Source of the DNA: Podarcis filfolensis
Lineage: Eukaryota
Reading direction: 5' to 3' (one strand)
Length of the DNA stretch: 64,000 bases
Assembly (NCBI GenBank): GCA_964270895.1
Contig: OZ185440.1
Positions 49,381-62,697 of the stretch are shown here, piece by piece; position 1 is the first letter of the stretch; every line of letters starts with the position of its first letter. The notes under the pieces were generated by a model that ran no database searches, was not told where the DNA came from, and saw nothing but the letters and a program-made list of their open reading frames with translations. A program made the position numbers and the translations under genes.

Positions 49381-50125
49381 TATGTTTATAGTGCCTTAAA
49401 ATAATTTGTGTGTGAAAGAAAGCCAGCAGTGGTTAACTTTGCATCCAATGTTTACTTTGAAAAGTTATGTGTCTTTAATATTATCTTTCTCTCTGCCAAT
49501 TTGCACTTAGATGCTTGCTTTGTCTTGGGAGCCAGTTCGTAGGCCAGAGTTTAGCAAGTGGGCAGTCCATAACCAAATCCATCTCCTTGGATAATGCTGG
49601 TTGGGTCTTCAGTTGCCAGAGACAAAGGGTGTCTAAAAGTGGAGTTAATGATGTCTGTGACAATATGGAGCAGCATCCAGTGAACTTGTTCCACTGGTGC
49701 ACCATAACCAACCAGTCTGCAGGCAGGGCTGTTTGTGAATGCGTCCTTAGTGCTAATCTCATATTACTATTATCACTTTTCATCCATGTACCTGACCATC
49801 ACTTGTGTGTCTCCCAACCAAATACATATTTTTCTGCCATTTGTGTTCATTTATTTCACTTGGAAACACCAGGCAACTCCATGCTGTCATTAGGCAGCTT
49901 CAGGCAATTGATTTGGGGTGTCATGAAATGTTAGCAGATTATTGATTATTCTGATTTTTTATTATATATTTTTACTGCCAGGGAGGAAAAGAAGTGCTTG
50001 TGAGATTTTCTGCCTCAGGCCTCAAAATTATTTGACCTTAGGTATTAGTCACCATGACTTGGAGCAGTGGGTGGTGGAGATGGGACCACAAACTTGAGAG
50101 TGATGCAGTCTTTTTCTCTTTCCAG

Positions 50126-50230
50126 GTAAAAGAGCAGCAGAGCTCAGATGATGCCATTAGTGTGTCAACCTCAGCAATTCAACAGGATTCTGCAACTCTT
50201 AAGGTATCCACATCAAACAGTGGGTGCTGA
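50126..50230 (+). CDS. ZNF76: ZNF76 terminal coding exon with stop; total CDS 1668 nt = 555 aa
   Basis: tccag|GTAAAA...TGCTGA; VKEQQSSDDAISVSTSAIQQDSATLKVSTSNSGC*; ends in SGC like human ZNF76; all 13 exons join in frame. Confidence 0.88.
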   Translation, partial: VKEQQSSDDAISVSTSAIQQDSATLKVSTSNSGC

Positions 50231-51007
50231 GACCTCACATGGAGCTGGAGCAACTGAAGCTGGATGGATCACTGGAGTCTTCAGAACCTCCAACTCAAAA
50301 GCCAAGTGATGGGTGCTTATCCTCCTGGACCTGAAGAGAGCCCTTACTATTTGCTGCCATCTGTCCGGCATGAATGAGCTGATAACTGAGAAGCACAGAT
50401 GGTGAAGTTACATGAACTATTGGATGCGACTTGGTTTAGAAATATTCCTCCTATAAGTGCTACAACATGTTTTATGGCCTCTTTAAGAAAGCCTTCCCTT
50501 AACTTTCTGAGGTGGCATCCGCACTATCATTCTGGACCTTTCTAATTTCTGCTGAATGTTATTGGAGGAAGCACTTGTATTTCATTTCTTGGAGGGCTAG
50601 AACAGCCTTCATAAGATTATGGGACTTGCATGGCTGGGGAGAGTTATCTCTTCAAAGTTTTTAGCATTAAATGTGTTTTTAGCCATAGAAAGTTCAGGAA
50701 AAGGAATTACGGGTAGATGGGTGCTCTCTACTTTTCCTTACCTCAGATACATGGGAGCAGAAAGTGTTGGCACAGGAGCGGTCACACACTTTCTGAGAAG
50801 AACTGAAATGCACAGTACTGGGGAAGGACAAATATTAATGTGATGGCTGTGCTGTATGCATTTCCTCCCAATTATCGTGGTTTCTTCCCAGTCTCAGCAA
50901 GTGAAATAGACTGAAGCAGACGTGCAAAGGAGAAGAAACAGCTTTGTATTACATTTTATTTGCCTCTTTCACTCTCTGAAATAACAGAAGACGCTAAATG
51001 TGTATTT

Positions 51008-51013
51008 AATAAA
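51008..51013 (+). terminator. ZNF76: Candidate polyadenylation signal of ZNF76 (3' UTR about 0.8 kb)
   Basis: AATAAA followed by U/GU-rich TTTTGGACTTGATGTTTTCG. Confidence 0.6.
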
Positions 51014-51868
51014 ATTTTGGACTTGATGTTTTCGATTTTCTCAGCAGTTGCCTGGACTTCCTTATTAAGGAATTGAGACGTGAAGCAGAATGTGCCTACA
51101 TCCCTGGTCATACTTCACTACAATAAGCTGTAGAAATGTGTGATCAAGTTAAGCAGCCAACAGAGATCCCTACCGATGTTACCATACAGGGTTTTAATCC
51201 TGTTGGGTCCTCCTGAATGAGTGACAAGTCAAACAGCATTTCATTCTGTGAGGCTGATCTATTGTTTGAACTGCCTGTGGTTGTGTAGGGGATACTGAGT
51301 TCCTCCATCTAAATTGGCGTTCTGTTGTAGCATCAGGGAGAAAGTCATCTGTATCACAACAGCCTTAGCCATGACATGTGAACATTGCTCTGAATGGGCA
51401 ATATGGTGCTTCTTTGTTTTTTATATGTTCATTTTGCAGATAGCTCATGCAATTGTATTCTTTTACTCATTTTACTGAGCTGTGTTGGTATGAATATAAG
51501 AGACACACCCAGCTCAAATAGTACTGCACTGTTCTGTTGCAGTTACAACATGTGCAGTGCTGTCTTTTCAAGCCTCCCTAGACCATAACTGTTTGTTCTT
51601 AGAGCACTGCCAGGTGTTCAGGCCTCTTTTTTATCTTTGTATGTTCTTCTGGCATTTAAGTTCTCAGACTAAAATTCAGACCAGGTTCATAAACCTGGAA
51701 CACAAGTTGACCAAAGAGCAAGCAATATTCTGTACTCCAATATTGACACATCCTTTAGATAAAAAACTTTTTAGACTATTAAGCCCATCAATTTTGGGGG
51801 TTCAACTCCCTCAAATATTTTATTGTGGTGTGTGTGAAGGGACCTTAGCCCCTAGGAGTTGGCACTTA

Positions 51869-52046
51869 AGCTACATACTATATACCATGAAAGCACATTC
51901 TTTCCCTCAAAGAATCCTGGGCACTAGTTTAAGTTAGACTGCTGGGAATTGTAATTCCTCAAGGGTGAACTACAGTGCCTAGAATTCTTTGAGGGAAATA
52001 GTTCTTTGAATGTGCTTTAAGGGTATATATATTGTGTAACATAGCC
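51869..52046. mobile_element. Palindromic MITE, probably PIF/Harbinger-type, between ZNF76 and DEF6
   Basis: TTA/TGA 3-bp flanks; arms AAAGCACATTC/GAATGTGCTTT and TTTCCCTCAAAGAAT/ATTCTTTGAGGGAAA. Confidence 0.55.
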
Positions 52047-52379
52047 TGAGTTTAACTTTCCCTTCAGGAAATTAAGAGCTGGAGCATCCTCATCTGATGG
52101 CCTCTGCTTGGAGACCTCTTCCTGCATATTGTAAACTGCCTTGAGTACGCTGAGGGGCAGGCAAGATTAAAACAATTTTTTACAACAAAATTTTGCCAAG
52201 TAGAAAGAGGCCCAGTTCCCCCAACAGGTGGCATTAACCGTGAGAATAATACATTTATGTAGCCCCATGAAATGAGTAACCGGGCAGGAGATTGCAGCCT
52301 TGAGGAAAGAGAACGGGTAGAAAACGAGCGACATGCCAAATCTGAATGTTGTTGGACTCGAATACAAATTGGACTCTCG

Positions 52380-52960
52380 CTAGTGTTTAAAGACGGGCGA
52401 ACTTCCTGTCTTAAAAAAAAAAAGATTTGTATTCATTGTTCTTTGCTCAAATACACTGAACCACGAAAAGGGGGAAGGAAAAAGTGCGAGGTGGCGGCGC
52501 GCAAGCTCCCCGAGCGTCGAGGCGACAGGAGGCGCTGCGGCGCAAAAGCGGCGCGTTTCCTGAGCGGCCCGAGGGAGGATCCTCCTCGCCGAGCCAGCAG
52601 ACTCTGTCCGCGGGGCGCTCGAGCCATGGAGTTGCGAGCCGAGCTTCTAAAGTCCATCTGGTACGCCTTCACCGCCTTGGACGCGGAGAAAAGCGGCAAA
52701 GTGTCCAAATCTCAGCTGAAAGTAAGTGGAAGCGGGTTGAGGGAGAGAGAAAAGGCGGCGGAGGCGGCTGCCTGCTCCCTCAGAGCCCGCGGCGGGCTTA
52801 GGGCGCGCGCTTCGCCTGTCCCCAGCAGGGCTGCCGGCGCTTTGGGAGCCACAGGGCAACTTCGGGAGCGAAAAGAAAAGAAACTCCCCTCACAGCTGTG
52901 GTGGCGACTTAGGGTTGTGGGGTTGCTGTGGATTGCGACTTAGGCGGGGGATATCTAAGG
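52380..52960 (+). promoter_or_regulatory. DEF6: CpG-island promoter of DEF6
   Basis: CpG/GC-rich segment spanning the start codon; ETS-type ACTTCCTGT at 52401-52409. Confidence 0.75.
52626..52721 (+). CDS. DEF6: DEF6 (SLAT/IBP, SWAP-70-like) first coding exon; the rest of the gene lies beyond the window
   Basis: GCCATGG start; [32 protein letters not shown]; AAA|gtaagt donor; 96 nt; KSIWYAF is DEF6-type (SWAP70 has KAIWHAF); synteny with ZNF76. Confidence 0.93.
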
Positions 52961-54217
52961 AGTCGTGTTCTTCTCTTTATTAAATAAAGGGAAGGAATAA
53001 ACATTATGTACTTAAATGTTCTGGTCTTTTAGATGTGCCTTCCCCCTTTCTCTGCATTGGGGTGTGTAAGCATGTGCGTGTTAGAAATAGACATTTGCCT
53101 TCTTCCTGTTGAATTTCCTCTGCCCTTTTCCGAGGCAGCTGGTTGCAAATGCAGCGTTCCTACCCACGCTCTCTACCGGTCTCATAGCTGGCTGCTTTTA
53201 AAATGGGGCAAAGGTTGTGCAGAATGTGGGCTCTGCCCCCCCCCCTTTACAAAAAGCGTTTCTTTCTCTCTCTTCTCCTTCGCAGTAATCTTGTTGGGTG
53301 GGCATGACAGATCTTCTGCTGAGTAGACAAGACTCGCTTTCTTTAAAGGGGCAAAATGAAGAAGAGCAAAACTCTCCTTCCTTGTAAAATCCTTGTAAAC
53401 TTTGAAATAGCAACAAAGGCGGTGCTCTGAATTACAATGTGGACGCTGGGCTTTTGCTTAATCACAGTTTTCGAAGCGGGCGAGATGGCAGATGAGATGC
53501 AAATGCATGCAAGCCCAGCCAAAGTAGGGCAGAAAAGATCTGAGGAACGCTTGATGCAAATAGTGGCGACACCTTGTGTGGATCCTATTCAACTCGGTAC
53601 ATAACACCTTGTGAAATGAGCACAAGCCGATGAGCGTAAGTGATAAAGGTTAAGGCTGGCTTCCTGCACTGCTCTTACATAAAGTGGCGGCTGAACCAGT
53701 GGGGAAACTGTTTTGCCCCCTCTGGACCACCATCCTTAGCCCTTGAGCAGTGCCAAATGAATGCAAATGCTGGGCAGCTGCCCGGCATCCCCAACTGTTT
53801 GCAGAGAACTCCCACGTTGCTGTTGCTGCTGCTCTGTTTTTTTAAAGCCTTAGATTTAACTCTGCAGCTGTACATGACTTTTGAGAAAGTATTTGCTTGT
53901 TTGATTTTTTAAAAAGCAAAAGCGTCTAGTATGAAAAGGAGCACTGATGAGGGCCTCTCTCTGTTTATTTGCACACGCTGGCCTTGCAAGGCGGGAAGGG
54001 TAAAGAGCAAAACAAACAGCAGCATTGAGCCATTGCAAGAATTACATCACTGCCATTTCTTCATGGAATCTTGCTGAGAGCAAAAAGGGGTTGTGTGTTT
54101 GTGTTTACAACTTCCACTCCTTGGTTTAAACGCTGCAAAAGCACAGTATATTTATAAGCAAAAGCATTTTTTGTGGTTACTTTTTACGCATCATAATTAC
54201 ATTGCTACAGTTTATGA

Positions 54218-54353
54218 CAGGCATGGCCAAACTTGGCCCTCCAGATGTTTTGGGGCTACAATTCCCACCATCCCTGACCACTGGTCCTGTTAGCTAGGGA
54301 TGATGGGAGTTGTAGTCCCAAAACATCTGGAGGGCCAAGGTTGGCCATGCCTG
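54218..54353. mobile_element. 136-bp palindromic hAT MITE (same superfamily), DEF6 intron 1
   Basis: Perfect 8-bp TSD GTTTATGA; CAGGCATGGCCAA...TTGGCCATGCCTG. Confidence 0.9.
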
Positions 54354-56297
54354 GTTTATGAGCACAGGTAAAGCAGTCCCTTGGGGTGTGTGCTTAAGCA
54401 GTGGAATCGGTGCCTTTTGGTATACATCCGTAATACAGCAAAATATTTAATTGTTTGTAATGATCAGTGGGCTGGAAAATTTTATTCAGCTATACTTTTC
54501 CATTGAAAACGTTTAATTTTTAGAAATGCAGTGTTTTGTAAATGTAATTACTACCATAATGGATAGAATACCAGTCAAATTGGATAGCTGGAATGGATAT
54601 AATCCCAGTCAAATCAAGAATTAAAGTTGTAATTAACTCCTTTCAAGTGACTATCCATAGAAAGCAGATACTTTTATGCACATGGTTTTTCAGGCATACT
54701 AAAATTAATGTTTATGTCTTCTGCTACCTCTGTTTATAAATTTAATAAATAAATAATAATTAAAATAATAATGTATCCTCTCCCTCTTTTGCCTCCTCTA
54801 TTATTATTATTATCATTATTATTACTTTCCCTTCTCCAGCAGGTCCCGAAGTGGATTACCACAGTCTAAAATTCAGAATTTAAAACAGTTAAAACAGATC
54901 ACAATCACAGAAATAGAGTGGATCCTTTTAAACCACACTAACAGCACCATTCTGTTCTTTTTTACCTAGAATTAAGTGCTACTCTATTCAGTGGCTCTTG
55001 TTCCCCAGTAAGTGTGTTTAGATCTCCCCCTCCCTTATAGTTCAGTTACATCTGGCTATATGCAGCACATAACAGTAACATGACGTACATTTTAAAATTT
55101 CATTTATTAAATCTAAGTCAAATGTTAAATCAGATCTCAGTTAATTTAGGGTGGTGTTGAAAATATTTCCAGGAAATGTTTGGACTTTTTCTGGAAAATC
55201 ACTATTGATGAAAACCAATGAGTATGTAGAGCCAGTTTCGTGGCCAAGAAATACAGGTGTGCCTGAGGGATTATTACATGTGGTCTGAAACACACATGTG
55301 GTCTCAAGTCCCTGTTGGAAGGATATTGTAGAGTAGGAAAGAACCTCAAGTTTATCTAGTAACTAGGTCAACCCCCCAACACAGGAAATCCACTGCAACA
55401 GCATCCCTAGTTGTTGGCCACATAGCCTTTGTTTAAAAACCCTTAGAGCTTATGTGCTATACATCAGGGGTTTTTAAACAATGGTCCATGGATCCCTAGG
55501 AAGTCCATGGATGAGCTTCAGGGGGGTCTGTGAACTGGGTACATAAAAATATTCAGTTTTTAATTTCCTTCCTGCTACATTGAAAAAAGTCTTTGTGGAA
55601 TGGAAAAAATATGAGGAGGGGTTCCAGAGCTTTCACCAGATTTTCAAAGGAATCCAATGACCCCAGAAAGTTTAAGAACCATTTTTTTTTGTACATAATT
55701 AGACAGTGTTGTTAACTATTTATAGAATTGCTTTACACATGTGCCAGTGTTGGTGCTTTAACTACTTTTAGGTGAGTGTGGTGCTCATTTTGTGCGAGTT
55801 AAGTCACTGAAATTAGGGACCTTTTGGAGCATTTTAATACGGACGATAATGTAAAATAGGTACTGTGAGTAACAGAATAACACCGTATACTTAACCAGCA
55901 GGACTCAGTTGCCTCTCATCTTAGTAATTCCTTTAACTTTAGAGTAGTTTCTTCAACAATGGAAGGAAAAAATGAGTGTGCATTCTGTGTGGGGTTCCCC
56001 TTGGGCCTGGTTTGAAAATTCCCAACTGATGCAGAATGTAGCAGCCAGACTACTGCTGGGGGCACCTGACTGACAAAATGTGACACCGTTGTTAAAATGT
56101 CTGCACGGGCTGGCCATTTATTTTATTTATTTCATAAAATCTATATACTGCTTGATGGTAGAAGACTTCAAAGCAGTTTATAAAAACAATAAAACCACAA
56201 GATTATTATTAAAAGCAATAAAATCAATAAAAAATAAAAATCAATAAATTAAAAACACATCAGCGTTCAAAATATCTGGTAGGGATATTTACTACCA

Positions 56298-56580
56298 AGC
56301 CAGATTCAAGGTCTTGATATTCATTTACAAAGCCTTGAACAAATTAGGTCCAGGGACTGCCTGAACCCTTATATCTCAGTTCAGTCACTGAGATTGTCTG
56401 TGGAGGTGTTGCTGGTTGTCCCCTGAGTTGATGGAGCTCATTTGACATGGACAGGAAACCAAGTGTTTGGTGTCATCAGCCTAGTTCCTTGAAATGCCCT
56501 ACCAGTAGAGATTCAGAAGGCATCTTGTATGTTTACCTTTAAACTTTTACTGAAAACTTCTATATGCTGTCAGGCTTATG
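56298..56580 (+). mobile_element. L2 LINE 3' fragment
   Basis: Degraded FKVL..IYKALN and WNALP.EI..A motifs; other L2 pieces near 59680-59770 (-, FSVAAPALWNSLP) and 59905-59990 (+). Confidence 0.65.
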
Positions 56581-59500
56581 CAAACAATTAAGAAAACATC
56601 TTCTGAAACAGTTGAAGATCTATGATTTCAAATTTTTATGTGGCTTTTACTGTACATACAGAATTGTGGTAAACTGATATATATTGGCCAGTGGTCAGAT
56701 TATGGAAGCTGTGGTCCAGTAATGTCTAGAAGGCAACTGCTGCAATAGGTGATAATTTTCTCAGCATGGGGATACAGTGCGTGCCACTCATTTGTTCACC
56801 TGCTATGCAGCTGTTAAAAGTGCAGGACCCTGCTGAAGAGGAAAGTGGTAATTCTAAGTATCTGATAACGTAAACAGGCTCCTTTTTGTGGTGCTTCCCC
56901 GCCCCCCATTTATGGTTGTGCTGTGCCTCACAGATATGTTTCCTGTGGGTATGCAGAAATGATGGTTCCAGTGTCAGCATTAAGATTTTTCTTCCTGTTT
57001 AGTTGCATACAGCTCTCGCTTCTTTAGAAATCTACATGGTTAGGATTGTGCATCTGTGAAACCTGGTGATTTCAGAGCTGGTGCTCATAGGTAAAATATT
57101 TTTTGAGTTGACTGGAGACCTTAGAAATCCACGTGGAGTAAATTTGAACTTGGTGGCTATAGTGAACCCCTGATTCCTGTAAGATTGTTTGCTGCAGCAC
57201 TGCATTTGAGTATGCGGTACTTCCATGGTTAAAGCAATGCTCACAACTTGGTGATAAATGCTGCTGAGCTTACAAAGTACTTACGGCCATAAATTGAGAT
57301 TATGGCTACTACTCTGAGACTGCTGTTCTAAGCATGCTTACTATGGAACCTGTTGAACTCGATAGAGATCACTTTTGAGTAAACATGCTGAAGATAGTGC
57401 CATTAAAAAAATGATTCCTTAGAAAAAATATTGTGAAACCAAACTCAGGTTTGCACGCAGCTGAACAAATCCATGAATGATAATTCCATGGCTATAATTA
57501 TAGCTTAGTTGCTGGAATGTTCAGTGGTGGTGTATCTCTGAGGTCTGCCTTAGACCAGGCGGGTGGCTAACCTGTGTCACTTGAGATGGTGTTGGACTAC
57601 AGCTACCATGAGCCTCGGCTAGTATGGCTAGTGGTCACAGATGATGGGAGCTGTAGTCTAATAACTCTTGGAGGGCAACAAATTAGCCACATTGGACTAT
57701 ATTCTAAGAACAAACAGGAGATGACTACTTCCATCATGCTCTAAAACAGCGGTTCTCAACCTGTGGGTCCCCAGATCTGCTCTAAAAGATGCTTTATAAT
57801 GTGTCAGATTGTTTGTCCAGCTAGGCCAGTGTTGTCTGCTTTTGACTGGCAGGGTTCAGGAAGAGACCTTTCTCATCACTTACTATGTGATAAGAAAACT
57901 GGAAGTACCAGGCATTCAAACAGAGTACGGTACCTTCTGCAGGGAAATCATATGTTCTGCTTATGGTCTCTTCTGTGATAAAACCGTAAGTGTACCTCTT
58001 GACTTGCCAATGGATTTAACCTGCTTTCAAAGCCAGTCATCAGGTGAGGGACCTACAGTGGCCATGTTTGAACATAGCAATAAGCCAGATTTTCTAATTT
58101 ACCTTAGTTTACTGTGATTGAGCAGTGTGCTAGTGCACCCTGCCTGGTTGTTTCTGCTTTGCTCTTAGTCTGGCAAGAGCAAAATAAGCAAACTAGAAAA
58201 CCTTGGTATCCTATTATGTCTGAACCAGGTATTGTGGATTGTTTCTCTTGAACAAGCCATGATCACTAGCTAACCTTAAAACATGGCCTGTTGTTGACTT
58301 GCTGGCATTGGCTTGTTAGGGAACAGCAAAATATGACCCCTGGCTTGATTTTAATGGAAAGCCAAAGCTTCCTGGTTTGTTTGTTCTGCTCATGCCAGGG
58401 GGGAAGCAGAGTGGAAGCAATTGGGCAGCACGTACCAGCATGTTGCTCATTTACAGTAAGCCACAATAAGTCAGAAAATATTACATGGGAATGCAGTCAG
58501 TGTTAAGAATATGAGTCTCTCTCTGCTTGTGCAGAATGCCTTTTTTCCAACATCTGCTTTTAAGTGACCAGGACTTCAAGAGTGAAGTATGGGGTTTTGA
58601 GTAAGGCTTGAGCTGTCAATTCTTTCATTTATCAAAATTATCACCTATTTAAAACTGCATGTCCCAGTCTGCTTACCTCTAGAGCCCTTTTCTCATAGCA
58701 AGTTCACTAATAAATTTTTAGAGCCAACATTATAGCAAAGTCTATGCGAACAGAGGTTGCAACTGCGTTTGTGGCTTCCTGGGCTGTTTAGTAAGGGGGA
58801 TTTTTTGCAGGCACGGAGCCACCTTACTGTTGCCGCTGTGTCTCCTTAAGCTGTGCATGTTGCAACAAGGCAGTTTTCACGTGATTTGAACTTTCCTCCT
58901 TTTAAAATCCAGTAGTTTTTGCAGCTTATGAATCTTCTGATCTAACTCATCAGTGATTTTTTTTTTAAAAAAAACCTTTTATCTTGCAGCAAAATTATAG
59001 TGGGAAAGCCAAGTAGGCTTTAATTTACTGTTAACTAGGGCAGTAACCTGATTAGTGAAATCATAGTCACTTAATTGTATAGATCGTAGTTTATTTTAAA
59101 TTTGCATATAAGAAGAACACAATGAATCTAAATAAATTGTTTGTTCTATAAGTGGTGCGCGTGTATTGCAGGAAATATCTTGGACAGATTTTGCATTTTC
59201 CTCCTCTCACTCACTAGAGGGAATGCCTTTTCTAGAATGGTGGTTGCCATGTGCAGTTTTTATAAGTACTTTTACAAAAAAAACTAATTTTAAAATGTGT
59301 TTCCTGGTTTATCAGAGGCACCTTTTTTTAAACTGATCAGAATGTTTTAAATTCCAATGCTACTATTAACCCAAGTTTAGGCCTGGCTCCCTTAGGTTAC
59401 AGTTTGATGCATGGCAGTGGGAAAGTAAGGAACACAACAAACTAGTAAGCACGGATCAGGGGTAGTAAAAGTGATGTCCTCTCAATATTGTTGGACTCCA

Positions 59501-61511
59501 CTCAGAGCCAGATCAGCTCATAAGGCAGGGTTAGGGCGTTGCCCCTGAGGTGGCATCCCCATGGGCCACCAGCCTGCCTTGCCGCCTCTGCCCGTGCTGG
59601 TAGTGGAGAGGCGGTGCCCCCACTGGCGCCCATTTGGGGCGAGATTGCGTTCATTTTGGTTGAGATCTTGCCTCAAATTGGTGATCTCAATAGGCAACGA
59701 GTTCCAAAGTGCAGGTGCTGCCACGCTAAACACTGAAGTTCCTACCAGTGTGGAATGGGTATTATGTGGCACCTGTAGATGGAATTACTGCATTGCACTT
59801 TATATGGGGCTTCCCTCGCTGTTGATCTAAGAGTAGTTTATAGAGAAAGTTGCAGCACAATTGCTGACAGGAGTGAGAGTCTGTCATCGTATTGCACTCC
59901 TGCTCAGAGATCAGTGCTGGTTGCTGATTAGTTACCAGGCCAAGTTCAAAGTTTTGCTATTAGTATATAAAGCACTTAACAGCTTTGGACTAATTTAAAC
60001 AGGAACCTTTGCTGTATAGTTTTGGACACACACAGTATGATTTAGTTACCCATATTTTACTGATTTTATCTATATTTTAATACTAATCTTTACTTTTGTT
60101 TTTTAACCAGTTTTGTGGGTTTTAACTGTTTCTGTGGAGAGCTCTTTGATTAAGTGGTTGATAAATCTCTCTAAATAAAGCAATCCCTGGCCATTGGCAA
60201 TTCTAGCTGAGGTTGATGGGATTTGGAGTCCAGTGACATCGGGGAGGCACCCCATTGGCTACTCCTGTGTAAAATGACATAATAGTAACAAGTGGGACCA
60301 GCAACAAAACATTCAGGACACCCCATTCCCTCCTCATCTTCCACCCAGTCAGTCATCATTCCAAGTCAGTCTCCCCCTCCAAATATCTTGTGTGCTTCTG
60401 CAAATTTTGGAGTTTCCCCATTCAATGAATGGTGTCGTTTTGCTACACAAGGATCAACATTCAAAGAATGTGTCCACCATTGCTGTATGAGATATGCTGT
60501 TTGCACGATGGACAACAGTGGGTCACTAGACCCTCTTCTCCATCACCCTTCTCTGGGCTAGTCCTTTGCTGGCATGTGGGGTTGTAAAAAGGGGCAAAAG
60601 GAGGAGATGCTGAGCCATCACCATCTGATATGCAGTTTTAAATAGGTGATTGAATTAAATATAGAGAGCTTAACTAAGCTGACGGTGGTAAGGTTACCCA
60701 ACAGAAGTTCAAGAATACCATAATGTTTCACCGACACAATTCAAATCTACTTTTAAGTGTATTCTGAATTCCCTGGTGCAGCTTCTAAGCATGGGCAGGA
60801 GTCAAGGGACCTGTTATAATCTACAGCAGAAGGAAAAGCTATTTTTGCCCAAACTTTCAAGTAACCTTAGGCCATGCTCCTGGCTGTTGATAATAAGCAG
60901 TTTTTCTGCACAGTTATTCATTACAAAACAGGGAAGGGAGCCAAGCAATAGAAGCAGCCTTGTTATTTTATTTCATAACATCATTTTTATTCATTTTAAT
61001 CTTTAAACTGTTTTATATGGTTATGTTGAGATATATCTTATGTTTACATTAGATTAGAGTCTATGGCATGCAGCAATTGCAGGTCTACTCTACACTGTAT
61101 TCAAGAAAGATTAGCCCAGGTAAAATGTGTGTACAGTATAGGATTGCAGCCTAGATTATATATCTTCTTGTTATCAATGACCTGGAATGATGTGTGTGTA
61201 TGTCCTGTGACACAAATGTCCATTTGGTCATGTGGAAGAAGGGAGAAAACTCTGCAGCTCCTCAGTAACCCCAAGATGCTTGGTAGAGGAGCTTGTTGTG
61301 TTTGGGTTCTTCTCCAGGAATGTCCATACCATAACCAATCACAAATAATGTGCTCTGACAAACTGGTTTCTGCTTGTGTTTGTTTGAAGTGGGGAGCTTC
61401 TTGTGACAGACGAAGAACCCAAAGACTCAAGCTGTGACTCATCCTTGAAATTTGCCTGATAGCTGGTGGTCTTCAGCTAAAAGAATAGGTATGTGCTTGG
61501 TATTACTTATA

Positions 61512-61591
61512 CAGGGTGAGTCCTTTAAAAGAGGCCCCGTGGATACAGAGTACACATGTTCCATGGGGCCTCTTTTAAAAGACTAACCCTG
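61512..61591. mobile_element. 80-bp Tc1/mariner-type MITE (two 32-bp arms plus 16-nt spacer)
   Basis: TA on both sides; CAGGGTGAGTCCTTTAAAAGAGGCCCCGTGGA arm with 3 mismatches to the opposite arm. Confidence 0.8.
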
Positions 61592-61620
61592 TATAAGTAC
61601 CCTAATTGAGAAAGCCTAGA

Positions 61621-62382
61621 CAGCAGGTGAGGTGCTAGATGACTGGAGATGGGCAAATGCTGCCCCAATCTTCAGAAAATTGGGATGGTGTGGGTGGGAA
61701 GAAAGATCCAGCAAACTGAAGACTAGTCAGCCTGACTTTCATACCAGGGAAGATAACCAGAACAGTTTGTAAAGTACTCAGTCTTTTTGTTAATGTTGTG
61801 GTTGGTAGGAACCAGCATGGATTTGTCAATAAGTAATCATGCCAGACTAATCTTATCTCTCTTTTTTTATTGGCTTACTGGTTTAGTGGATTTTGGAATG
61901 TGTTGTGGTCATAGTATATCTTGAGTTCAGCAAAGCATTTGATAAACTCCCCCATGATATTTTGGTTAGCAATTTGGTTAAATGTGATCTAGTTGATAGT
62001 ATTGTCACAACTGTTGGGAAATGATGCCCAGTGATTCCCAAAGCTTTCTCATTTATGGTCGTTCATCACATTGGAGCAAAGTGGGGGGAGACAGAGCAGC
62101 ACAGGACTCTCTCTCTCCCCCCCCCCCTCGTCAATTACTTAGGGATGGAGGGATTCCTCATCAAGTTTGCAGATGGTGCAAAACTGGGAGGGATAACTTT
62201 ACACCTCCAAGATGGGAATAAAACTCAAAATAAATTTGACATCTGCAGCGGAGGAGGGATACGTAGCTTGGCAGCAATACATGTGAAATGATCTTGGGAT
62301 TGAACTTGGTCAGAAACTGAATGTGAGTCATCAGGGTGATGTGGCTTCAAAAAAGTCTAATGCCATTTTAAGGGTTTCAATG
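61621..62382 (+). mobile_element. Decayed CR1 LINE ORF2 (reverse transcriptase) fragments
   Basis: Segments read as degraded CR1 RT motifs (DDW..AN..PIF; QHGFV..KSCQTNLIS; YLEFSKAFDKLPHDIL; KL..SHQ.DVASKK.NAIL); continues after insertions near 62945-63025, with CR1 3' end near 63540-63585. Confidence 0.8.
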
Positions 62383-62697
62383 TAACTATAGGGCAATATT
62401 CAACTAAATAATTGCATGAGTGGAATGAATTCAGCTTGTGCAATAGCACTCCCCTTCCGCTGTCCCCCTGTGCAGGCCCAGCACATCCCCAAAACAGCTC
62501 TGTAAGGTTGGGGAAACCCTGAGAACAGTCGATGGGGAGGAGAGGGGGGAAACTCCCACTGTGCAAGAGAAAGTTGTCTGCTCATGCAGGAAGGTACTTT
62601 GTGCTACATTGAACTAAGTTTTCCAAGCCATGGGAAGTAATCGTTTCACTTTATTCTGCACTAGGCAGACACCATCTGTATCCAGGTTTGGGCACTG

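Noticed and set aside
52272-52625. 118-codon in-frame N-terminal extension of DEF6
   Set aside because: The ATG at 52626 has ideal Kozak context and aligns with the known DEF6 N-terminus. The upstream ATG lies before the CpG island and probable TSS. CAGE or ribosome profiling would be needed to revive it.
58017-58047. Second hammerhead (minus-strand CTGATGA...GAAA)
   Set aside because: No helix II can form between the core motifs and no matching helix I is evident; a chance match.
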